DNA from: Bacteroidota bacterium
Lineage (GTDB): Bacteria > Bacteroidota > Bacteroidia > Chitinophagales > LD1
Direction: 5' to 3'
NCBI GenBank assembly: GCA_016722375.1
Contig: JADKJG010000004.1
Coordinates: 66,867 to 130,866 of the forward strand
Length of the DNA: 64,000 bases
The translations under genes were made by a program, and so were the position numbers. Of this stretch, positions 50,096-57,469 are shown piece after piece. Every line of letters starts with the position of its first letter. The first letter of the stretch is position 1. Below the pieces are notes generated by a model that did no database searches, was not told the origin of the DNA, and saw only the letters and a program-made list of their open reading frames with translations.

Positions 50096-51617
50096 CAGTA
50101 GAAAGGTTTTGAAAGGAGCGCTATTGTTGCTATACCTTGTAATTTGCCTTGATGCTAATTCTCAATTATTTTCATCGGTCTATCAGAAAGATAGACCGGC
50201 TATGGTTTTTGACAATGTTGTAACTAACAATGATACGGTATACATTCTTGGACTTACAGCAAAAGCACAACCCGTCGGTTTTAATTTCCGATTACTTTTA
50301 GGAAAGGTACCGCTGTATGAACCAGATAGTTTAAATGCTGAAGTATTTATTGATTCCCAACCAGTAGATTATGCTGCCTGGTACAACTCTTTGTCGAGAG
50401 ATAAAATTTCGAATGGCTATAGTGCTACCGGTTATATATACAGAGAGAGAGAGGGGGTCCTATTACTAACATTGGATGAGAATTTCAATCCAACTCTTCT
50501 TAAAGAGATTTTCAATACTGATACGTCTTTGCTTTCCTACAAAGGAATGAAAGTTTTAAGGTATGACAGTTCAACATTTTTCATAAGCGGAATTATTCAG
50601 CATGCTAATGGGAATAGCAATACTCTATTATTAAAGACGGATATTAGCGGAAACCTGATTTTTCAGAAAGAATTTGGAACGGGTACATGGTATGAATATG
50701 CCTCTAGTATGGCAAAGTTGAAAAATGGACGGATACTAATTGGCAGTAGCAAAAGCTATGAAAACCGACCTTATGCAGTATCACAGACATGGCTGTTAGA
50801 AGTAGATACAAATGGAGTTTTGAAGCGGCAATGGTTCGACCCAAATGACAGTACCTATGGCGCGTATAGTCTTAGGCAGACCAAGGATGGAGGTTATGTT
50901 TATGCTGCGCAAAAAGCGGAATGGCAAACGATAAACAATGCATTTTGCGTAGCTACCATCGTAAAAATGGATAGCGCATTTAATAAGCAGTGGACTTTTA
51001 GGGGGGGAGGAGTGACACCTGAAACCGGAATTTTTGATATAGAGGAATTAGAAGAGGGTACTTTTATCGCTTGTGGAAATACAAGTTATGCTCATCCTGA
51101 CTCTACCATTACTAGCGGATGGATTATTAAATTATCCTCTACAGGAGAGATGATCTGGCAAAAGAATTATGAGGGCTTTGCCACGTATGGGGCAATTAAT
51201 TATTTATATGACGTTGATGTATTGTCAGATGGTGGTTTTATAGCCTGCGGGGAAGCAAATGGAGATAATGGACAGTTTGGATGGCTACTGAAAGTGGATA
51301 GCAATGGGTGTGAAGTGGAGAATTGTGGGGTGGGAATAGACGAAGTAGTCAAGCCTGAAATTAGTGGGATAAAAGTATACCCGAATCCAGCCTCTACGGA
51401 AATAACACTTGATTACACATCTATTGATTGGGCTCAGCAAGGTGAGTTAAGCATTGTATTGATGAATAGTTTAGGTCAAATTATTCATCATGAAAAATTG
51501 CCGATGTATTCAGTCTTTCAGCGCATTGATGTTTCAAAGTTTCCGGTTGGCTTTTACCTCGCGCATATCAAGCGCAACAACACCACCATAGCAACTTCAA
51601 AATTTGCAAAGCAATAG
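50082..51617 (+). CDS. T9SS C-terminal-domain protein (propeller-like)
   Basis: Signal peptide and the tail IKVYPNPASTEITLDY through to GFYLAHIKRNN. Confidence 0.7.
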   Translation: MLRSDSRKVLKGALLLLYLVICLDANSQLFSSVYQKDRPAMVFDNVVTNNDTVYILGLTAKAQPVGFNFRLLLGKVPLYEPDSLNAEVFIDSQPVDYAAWYNSLSRDKISNGYSATGYIYREREGVLLLTLDENFNPTLLKEIFNTDTSLLSYKGMKVLRYDSSTFFISGIIQHANGNSNTLLLKTDISGNLIFQKEFGTGTWYEYASSMAKLKNGRILIGSSKSYENRPYAVSQTWLLEVDTNGVLKRQWFDPNDSTYGAYSLRQTKDGGYVYAAQKAEWQTINNAFCVATIVKMDSAFNKQWTFRGGGVTPETGIFDIEELEEGTFIACGNTSYAHPDSTITSGWIIKLSSTGEMIWQKNYEGFATYGAINYLYDVDVLSDGGFIACGEANGDNGQFGWLLKVDSNGCEVENCGVGIDEVVKPEISGIKVYPNPASTEITLDYTSIDWAQQGELSIVLMNSLGQIIHHEKLPMYSVFQRIDVSKFPVGFYLAHIKRNNTTIATSKFAKQ

Positions 51618-51653
51618 TCCCAACATTACTCCCCTCTCGCTCCACACAACAAC

Positions 51654-52142
51654 TTGCGTCCAAAAAGTATGGACGCCATCGAATTCATCCGCCGTTATCC
51701 GGTGTATCTAGCCCAACTCAAAAGAGTGGTGAAGCCGGAATACCACTTTATCATAACAACCCTTAGAGACCTCGACCCGCACGACATAGTAGAGCCACAG
51801 CACTACTTTAACAGCGAGGCAGAGGCAATCGGCCTAGTCTTCACCCTATTCCAGAAGAAATTAAAATCTCTACCTGACACTGGCAAAGATTCAAAAGAAG
51901 AACTGCAAACTAAGGTTGACGCCGCCAAGAACCTCCTCGCTGAGAATGGCATCCAATCAGTTGGGCTGTGGTGTATTGAAGATATAATAGACAAGGCTAA
52001 CGAGTTGAAAATTCGTTGTAGCAAGCAAGATGCTCACGCTATATTGACCCGGATAGAGAAAGAATTCGATGCGGAGTTCGGAATAAACTGGCAAACGATT
52101 GAGAACCATATCCTGGAGTATTTCAAAAACAAGAAAGCATGA
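51654..52142 (+). CDS. hypothetical protein (island gene 1)
   Basis: ORF of 162 aa; the ATG at 51669 is the more likely start. Its stop overlaps the next start (ATGA at 52139). Confidence 0.5.
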   Translation: MRPKSMDAIEFIRRYPVYLAQLKRVVKPEYHFIITTLRDLDPHDIVEPQHYFNSEAEAIGLVFTLFQKKLKSLPDTGKDSKEELQTKVDAAKNLLAENGIQSVGLWCIEDIIDKANELKIRCSKQDAHAILTRIEKEFDAEFGINWQTIENHILEYFKNKKA

Positions 52143-52690
52143 GGGCGGTCACAAATCAGATATTGCTGTTGCCGGTTTTGTCCGGTCAACGGTTTTGTGT
52201 TGTATCTGCCTGGCGCGGTGAACAGTCTGATGAAGTGAACGGCACCCAGCACGAAGACCTAAGAATCCGGCTTAAGGATCTTCACCTGAGTATAATTGAA
52301 CTCAGGTGTACCTATTTTTATCTGAATCATGGGCAACCAATGGGTGCAGAAGAGAAATCCTTCTTCGTGCCGAAGGCAGACCTATATGAGATAATGCTAA
52401 TCGCAGAGAAGTACCAGCAAACTTCCATCCTTTATAAAAGAGAAGGCAGGATAGAAATAGTTCAAGTGAAAGTAGGCCGGGTGTTGCATACCATCCCATT
52501 AAGGGAAGAGTATCAGACTGAAAATTTCAGGACGGCGTATATACATTATGTACTGAGCAGAAATCAAAATGTAGGTGAGATTACAGACATCAACATTGCT
52601 AAACTGCACCTGCCTACACGTCTGGAATCTCTGCTGCGTCTGAAGAATAAAGAAGATTTGTCCGCAACAGAGTGGATGGAATTGTTTTGA
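52139..52690 (+). CDS. hypothetical protein (island gene 2)
   Basis: 183-aa ORF, translationally coupled to the gene upstream. Confidence 0.5.
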   Translation: MRAVTNQILLLPVLSGQRFCVVSAWRGEQSDEVNGTQHEDLRIRLKDLHLSIIELRCTYFYLNHGQPMGAEEKSFFVPKADLYEIMLIAEKYQQTSILYKREGRIEIVQVKVGRVLHTIPLREEYQTENFRTAYIHYVLSRNQNVGEITDINIAKLHLPTRLESLLRLKNKEDLSATEWMELF

Positions 52691-52711
52691 TAAATACAAT
52701 AAACATAAAAG

Positions 52712-53278
52712 ATGGAAATCGCTATCAGCCATACCGACACCGGCTACAAAGTCTATGTAGAAGGTCTATCCTGGCAAACCTTGACCAAACAACTGCTGGA
52801 TGAATCATTCAATATCTACTTACTATCCATCTACATCGACGGAAGATATACCGGATATGATGACAGAGTAAAAGTGAATGATGGTAAGCTTAGTTTTTGT
52901 AAACAGCATATCAGCATGAAAGAACTTCTGAGCTTTCTTTCCGAGTTAGAAGGCGAAGAAGTTTATGAAGTTCGGCTGGGTAACGGTCAGTTTTTTCTTG
53001 AAAGTTTGTATCCGGGTGCTTGGGTAGTGACTTTTCAGCAAAAGGAAGATGCCTGGGGATTCCTGGCAGGTATTCAGGAAGGTATGTCGGAATTCATTAA
53101 TCCCCTGCTCACGTCCGGATTGCCTGTTAGCTCTGTTGCTTTAACTGATGATATTACAGGGGTACCTACATGGGAAAGGTTCGTTGATCGCCGTTATAAC
53201 CGATGGCACGACAAAGTGGTAAGGGAATTTGAAGAAGGTGTCAAAAACGGGACCATTTCGTGTCCCGGTTGCAAGTGA
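52712..53278 (+). CDS. hypothetical protein (island gene 3)
   Basis: 188-aa ORF with a C-terminal CPGC. Confidence 0.5.
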   Translation: MEIAISHTDTGYKVYVEGLSWQTLTKQLLDESFNIYLLSIYIDGRYTGYDDRVKVNDGKLSFCKQHISMKELLSFLSELEGEEVYEVRLGNGQFFLESLYPGAWVVTFQQKEDAWGFLAGIQEGMSEFINPLLTSGLPVSSVALTDDITGVPTWERFVDRRYNRWHDKVVREFEEGVKNGTISCPGCK

Positions 53279-53424
53279 ACATACTACCGGCTTATCCGTT
53301 CACTTCCTTTTGCGCTCCTTTTCGCTCCTGGGCTCACTTTTTATCCAAAGAGGCTAAATAGCTTGACGGTTCACCGGCGTGTCCCAGGAGTGGTGTAATG
53401 AGCCAGTCCAGAAAATGTCTTCTA

Positions 53425-53506
53425 GCATTTTTTAGCAAGTTGTGGAACATCACTGCTTGGAAATTTAAGCGATACCAAACACGCCGACCACCTGTATTCT
53501 TCCGAG
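53425..53506 (+). repeat. intergenic element, copy A
   Basis: GGAACATCACTGCTTGGAAAT through to ATTCTTCCGAG. About 75% identical over 63 bp to 54193-54255, with about 20 nt of weaker similarity upstream. Confidence 0.7.
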
Positions 53507-53669
53507 TTCTTCTTCTTTTCACAGCAGAGCAAAGAAGGTAAGCGGGTAATGCTCACCGGCGTGGGACGTAGCAGGTCAAAGTGCCATAAAATTGATTGAC
53601 TTCAATCGCAGTTCATTTCGTTCAAGCTCTATCCGCTCAGTATCAAGAATTAACTTGCACTTAATTTTT

Positions 53670-54158
53670 ATGGAGCTGGTCAAAGACATACAAATATTTT
53701 ATTTCTGGGACGTCAACAGCGGGGAACTATCCCCTACATTTAACCGGATCAAGGAAGTATTTTCTAATACACAACTATTGAAGTTTAACTTCTTGGAGTA
53801 TGATAAAGCATACAAGGAGGTTGAATCATTTCTGCGAAATCAGACGCTGGATGATCTCCAGACCGTTTTCATCGGTTCTGGTCTTGGTGGTTATTGGGCG
53901 AATTTATTTTGCTCTGTCTTTGGCATTCAGACGATTCTTATCAATCCCTCTCTGCGACCAAGCGATATTTCGATTAGAATTTATCCAAGAGTTGTATTCA
54001 TCGGATTGCAGGATAAGGTGGTGAACTATCAGGAGACTAAAAAAGTGCTTGGAAACAATGCTCGGTTCATATTTCTGCCTTATGAAGGGCATGAGTTAAA
54101 GAATGTGCAACCGGTTCTCGATTTGATACCCAAGTTCGTTAATACGGTATCGGGATAG
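53670..54158 (+). CDS. YqiA-like alpha/beta-hydrolase fold protein lacking the nucleophile Ser
   Basis: FIGSGLGGYWANLF compares with YqiA GSSLGGYYA. INPSLRP, the Asp region (LQDKVV) and the His region (YEGHE) are retained. Confidence 0.55.
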   Translation: MELVKDIQIFYFWDVNSGELSPTFNRIKEVFSNTQLLKFNFLEYDKAYKEVESFLRNQTLDDLQTVFIGSGLGGYWANLFCSVFGIQTILINPSLRPSDISIRIYPRVVFIGLQDKVVNYQETKKVLGNNARFIFLPYEGHELKNVQPVLDLIPKFVNTVSG

Positions 54159-54172
54159 CGAATTTCAAATCG

Positions 54173-54255
54173 TTCATTTTCTAATGAAAGGCGGAACATC
54201 ACTTCTTGGAAATGGAAGTGATGCCACTCACGGTGGCTATCTGGATTCTTCCGAG
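54173..54255 (+). repeat. intergenic element, copy B
   Basis: GGAACATCACTTCTTGGAAATGGAAGTGATG through to ATTCTTCCGAG. It contains a perfect 9-bp inverted repeat, CATCACTTC/GAAGTGATG. Confidence 0.7.
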
Positions 54256-54400
54256 GCTTTCGCCTTTTCTCAATCCATTATAGCTACATCCAATCGCTAA
54301 AATTCGCAAGCGTAAGGAAAGTTTTCCATCACAGATTTCCCCTTTTCCACGGTTTCCCGCACTCTCGTGTTGTCATTATTTTCTAAACAAAAAACACAGC

Positions 54401-55006
54401 ATGAAACTGGAAACAGCAGTAAAGAAGGTTGCAGAATTCCTTGCAAGCAATCCTGGCTCTACAAAAGAGGCCATAGGTAAAGCCACCAATGTAAAGGGTA
54501 TCGAATTGACCAATGTTATAAAGCGCTTGCGAAAAGAAGAGCAGCTGGTCGAAGAATTTCCTGATGGGGAAGTGCCTACCTTCTCTATCAAAACCGAAGA
54601 GCAGACAGAAACTGTCACGAATGAAACCGAAATACCGGTTGAAGATGAGCAACTTCCTGCTAAGAAAGGCCGGAACAATGACAAGTATCAGTTCAACGGG
54701 AACAGCTATGGCAAGGGAAAACTTGTTCTTGAAGTAGTCAGGCAGTATGTGGCCGGACATCCTAAAACAACTTACAAGCAATTGAAGGAAATCTTCCCTG
54801 ACACCCTGCTAACCCGCTTTGGTATTGCAAAGTCAGAAAATGAGGCTCGTTCACTTTCGGGTGCGAGAGAAAGGTACTTTTTCAGTGAGCTGCACCAAAT
54901 CTTGCTAAAGGACAAAACAGTGGTGGTTGTGTGTAACCAGTTCACGGCTCAGAATATCCAGCCTTTCTTAAAAGCGGCCAAGGCCCTCGGGTTCAAAATC
55001 AAGTAG
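54401..55006 (+). CDS. hypothetical DNA-binding-like protein (N-terminal winged-helix-like, acidic linker, conserved C-domain)
   Basis: 201 aa. The N-terminal about 50 aa look wHTH-like. The C-domain runs KYQFNGNSYGKGKLVLEVV through to CNQFTAQNIQPF. The family could not be named with confidence. Confidence 0.5.
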   Translation: MKLETAVKKVAEFLASNPGSTKEAIGKATNVKGIELTNVIKRLRKEEQLVEEFPDGEVPTFSIKTEEQTETVTNETEIPVEDEQLPAKKGRNNDKYQFNGNSYGKGKLVLEVVRQYVAGHPKTTYKQLKEIFPDTLLTRFGIAKSENEARSLSGARERYFFSELHQILLKDKTVVVVCNQFTAQNIQPFLKAAKALGFKIK

Positions 55007-55036
55007 CATTCTTTTTTGTTGTCTCTCTCCATGGTT

Positions 55037-55070
55037 GAAACGGGCGCTCCAAAGGCGTCCGTTTTCATTT
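55037..55070 (+). terminator. imperfect stem-loop terminator
   Basis: GAAACGGGCGC-tccaaag-GCGTCCGTTTTC. Confidence 0.45.
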
Positions 55071-55185
55071 ATAGCAGTTCTGCTCAGTTTTATGACTAGG
55101 CATTGAACGTGGGCTCCTAATGACGTCGCTGCATTCCCTGCTTCTGCATTTCTTTTTTAAGGTGTCCAGTTTTCCAGTTGATCCG

Positions 55186-55216
55186 ATTCAATCATGTACA
55201 CGAATTTGATTGAATA
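55186..55216. promoter_or_regulatory. 9-bp inverted repeat ATTCAATCA-N13-TGATTGAAT (candidate operator)
   Basis: Perfect arms, located 60 nt upstream of ATG 55276. Confidence 0.35.
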
Positions 55217-55275
55217 CTGGCTGAGGATAAAAGGGGCCTATCACCTGTGTACCATGAACCCATTTGCAAGGATAA

Positions 55276-56403
55276 ATGTCTTTTCCTAAGTTTGGGTCTA
55301 TGACTTTAGAGAGATTAGCTTATACCCTGGCAAAAACATTAACGGAACCGGTGCGAGAATATTCTGATCTTGTATATACAGGTTTCATGGATTCTGTCGA
55401 AGTGCTCCGGGACGAATATCCGATAGATGAAGAATACAAAAAGGAGTTAATAAAGTTCGTCAAAGACAAATACACCTTGGTAGAAAAACATTGGCAGTAC
55501 GGCTCTTTTGACACTGCCCGGTTCCTGAAAAAATACATCTTAAAGAGCTTCCATAGTTTAGGCCCTGATGGCGGAACATATTTTGAACATCCCCAGATTA
55601 GGGGCTTGATGAAGCTCTATGAAAATAAATTCGATGTCAATTATAAATTTGATTACAAGCCGGGGAAGAATTTCGGAAAAGTGCTTGTTGTAGCAACAGC
55701 GAGGAAAGGCAAAAAAGAGAAAGAAATTGCTTTTGCCTTTGAATACCTAAAGTCGGTCATGACAAATGCAGCATGGGTGCTGGCATATTTGAAATTCAGG
55801 GAGAATTTCAAGAACGAACTCGCTGAAGATAGCTCAAGTTCTATTGAGCCAGAAAACACGAAGCATGAATACAAGCCGGAAAATAGTTCTAATAGAATGA
55901 AGTGGCGTGTTGACCGAAAACATCTTGAATCCATTTTTGGAAAATTGGCAAGGCAAACGCTAACAGAAGATGGCAGATTAACGCTTGTTGCGAAACCGAC
56001 AGAAATACAAAAGTTAATTGAACGAAATTTTGAATTCTCCGACACGAAACAAAAAGTGAATTATCCGGACAAGAATAGTCGCCTGATTTACAACGGGCAG
56101 ATGGTATCTTTTCTCAGGTTATTATTTTATCTGTCTGAGAAGAAAATGAAAGGAAAAGACAAGCCGGCTTTCTCACCACCGGATTCCTGGATAATCAATT
56201 TTGTGTGCAGAAACTTCATGCGATATAACAAACAGGGAGTGGAAGAAGAGATTCCGGTTAAGTCGGTCAAAGATGAATGGCTAAGAATCAGACGCAAATT
56301 TGATAAAGCGGGAACTGAGAAGCAATATGACACGCTGCGCGCCGGAAACACAAATCACAACCTGCTGCATATTCTCGAACCGGAACTTTCCATTTTTGTA
56401 TAA
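55276..56403 (+). CDS. hypothetical protein (375 aa)
   Basis: Long ORF with no recognised motif. Confidence 0.5.
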   Translation: MSFPKFGSMTLERLAYTLAKTLTEPVREYSDLVYTGFMDSVEVLRDEYPIDEEYKKELIKFVKDKYTLVEKHWQYGSFDTARFLKKYILKSFHSLGPDGGTYFEHPQIRGLMKLYENKFDVNYKFDYKPGKNFGKVLVVATARKGKKEKEIAFAFEYLKSVMTNAAWVLAYLKFRENFKNELAEDSSSSIEPENTKHEYKPENSSNRMKWRVDRKHLESIFGKLARQTLTEDGRLTLVAKPTEIQKLIERNFEFSDTKQKVNYPDKNSRLIYNGQMVSFLRLLFYLSEKKMKGKDKPAFSPPDSWIINFVCRNFMRYNKQGVEEEIPVKSVKDEWLRIRRKFDKAGTEKQYDTLRAGNTNHNLLHILEPELSIFV

Positions 56404-56422
56404 ATCCTTCCCGATACGCGCC

Positions 56423-56514
56423 TGTCGCCTGTCGCACCTGTAGCCTACTTTTTTTGTCGCTCCCTTGCTTAAACTGTGTCGCAGTATTGTCGCTGTCTTG
56501 CGACAAAAGCGACA
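56423..56514. promoter_or_regulatory. cluster of seven TGTCGC/GCGACA hexamers (candidate operator or centromere-like site)
   Basis: TGTCGC at 56423, 56430, 56455, 56477 and 56488. GCGACA at 56500 and 56509. The cluster ends 41 nt upstream of the ParB-like gene. Confidence 0.55.
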
Positions 56515-56554
56515 GTAGCATATCTCGAGCTTCACCGCTCAAAACAAAAAAGTT

Positions 56555-57469
56555 ATGTCTAGCGAAAAAACAGAAATCACAGAGTATGGACTCGTAAACG
56601 TGGACGAGTTGACAAGAGCGAAAGACCATGAAACTACATTTCCCTACACGGACACAACCGAGTTCGAGGGCACCAATGATTCCTACAAAAAATTCAAGCG
56701 AATTTTTCCGGTAGTGTATGTTATTATGAATATCAACGACGTACCGGTAAAGGTCGTGGTTGATGGATGGAAGTACGTAGTGTTTGCTCGTGCAAATGGT
56801 ATATCCGAGATATACGCCTGCGAGCTAACCGTCGAGAATCAGGAGGATTTGATTGCAATTATGATTCAGTTGCAGCGCACAAACCATCAATCCTACTTAG
56901 CGCTGTATTACATGATTGAGGCGCTTTGGGAAAAGCACTACCTTGGTAAGGGATACCGCAGTGACCTTCAGGAGAATGAGTTGGACAATCCGGTTGAAGG
57001 AGCAGATGGCAAGAAAGAAACAATCTACGACCGCATAGGAAGGGAGCTGAATCTTAAACCTCATAAGGTCAAATATCTCCGCAAGATTGGGCAGGTCAAC
57101 AAGCGTCAGTTTATTCAAATGGATAGCGAGCGGCCCAGTTTGTATAAACTGTATAAAGCATGCGTCAGTGAGCAGAGCGGTGATGCTCCTGCATTACCTG
57201 CCTATAAAACGCCGGTTTATCACTCGAACGCAACTCCGGTGCCTGTCTTCACTACTCCGACACCCGAAGCGAATGTTGTAACCCACACGTCAAACAGCAC
57301 CGGAACAAATAAAGTCCATGCGGATTCAGATCAGGCGAGCAGCACCAAGCGGGAAACGCCTATTGGAGGAATAATCAAACAGGACGGCGATTGCATTACC
57401 GTTCAGGCGATATGTCAGTGCTGCAGCAACCCAACTTTTTTAATCATTTCCAAAAGTCAACTACTATGA
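56555..57469 (+). CDS. ParB N-terminal-domain-like (ParB/Srx fold) protein
   Basis: VVVDGWKYVVFARANGISEIYACEL followed by IQLQRTNHQS fits the ParB-like nuclease-domain pattern. It has an S/T/P-rich tail ending in a Cys cluster. Confidence 0.5.
   Translation: MSSEKTEITEYGLVNVDELTRAKDHETTFPYTDTTEFEGTNDSYKKFKRIFPVVYVIMNINDVPVKVVVDGWKYVVFARANGISEIYACELTVENQEDLIAIMIQLQRTNHQSYLALYYMIEALWEKHYLGKGYRSDLQENELDNPVEGADGKKETIYDRIGRELNLKPHKVKYLRKIGQVNKRQFIQMDSERPSLYKLYKACVSEQSGDAPALPAYKTPVYHSNATPVPVFTTPTPEANVVTHTSNSTGTNKVHADSDQASSTKRETPIGGIIKQDGDCITVQAICQCCSNPTFLIISKSQLL

Noticed and set aside
53334-53522. A minus-strand 62-aa basic ORF covering repeat copy A, considered as a conserved small protein.
   Set aside because: The second copy of the element (54173-54255) has no equivalent ORF, because it has no start codon after the upstream stop. 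Nucleotide differences between the copies mostly change the amino acid. The element is more likely non-coding.
56281-56629. Minus-strand ORFs 56281-56535 and 56288-56629 spanning the TGTCGC cluster.
   Set aside because: They overlap the ends of two plus-strand genes and the hexamer-rich intergenic region. They have no motifs and are best explained as chance ORFs.
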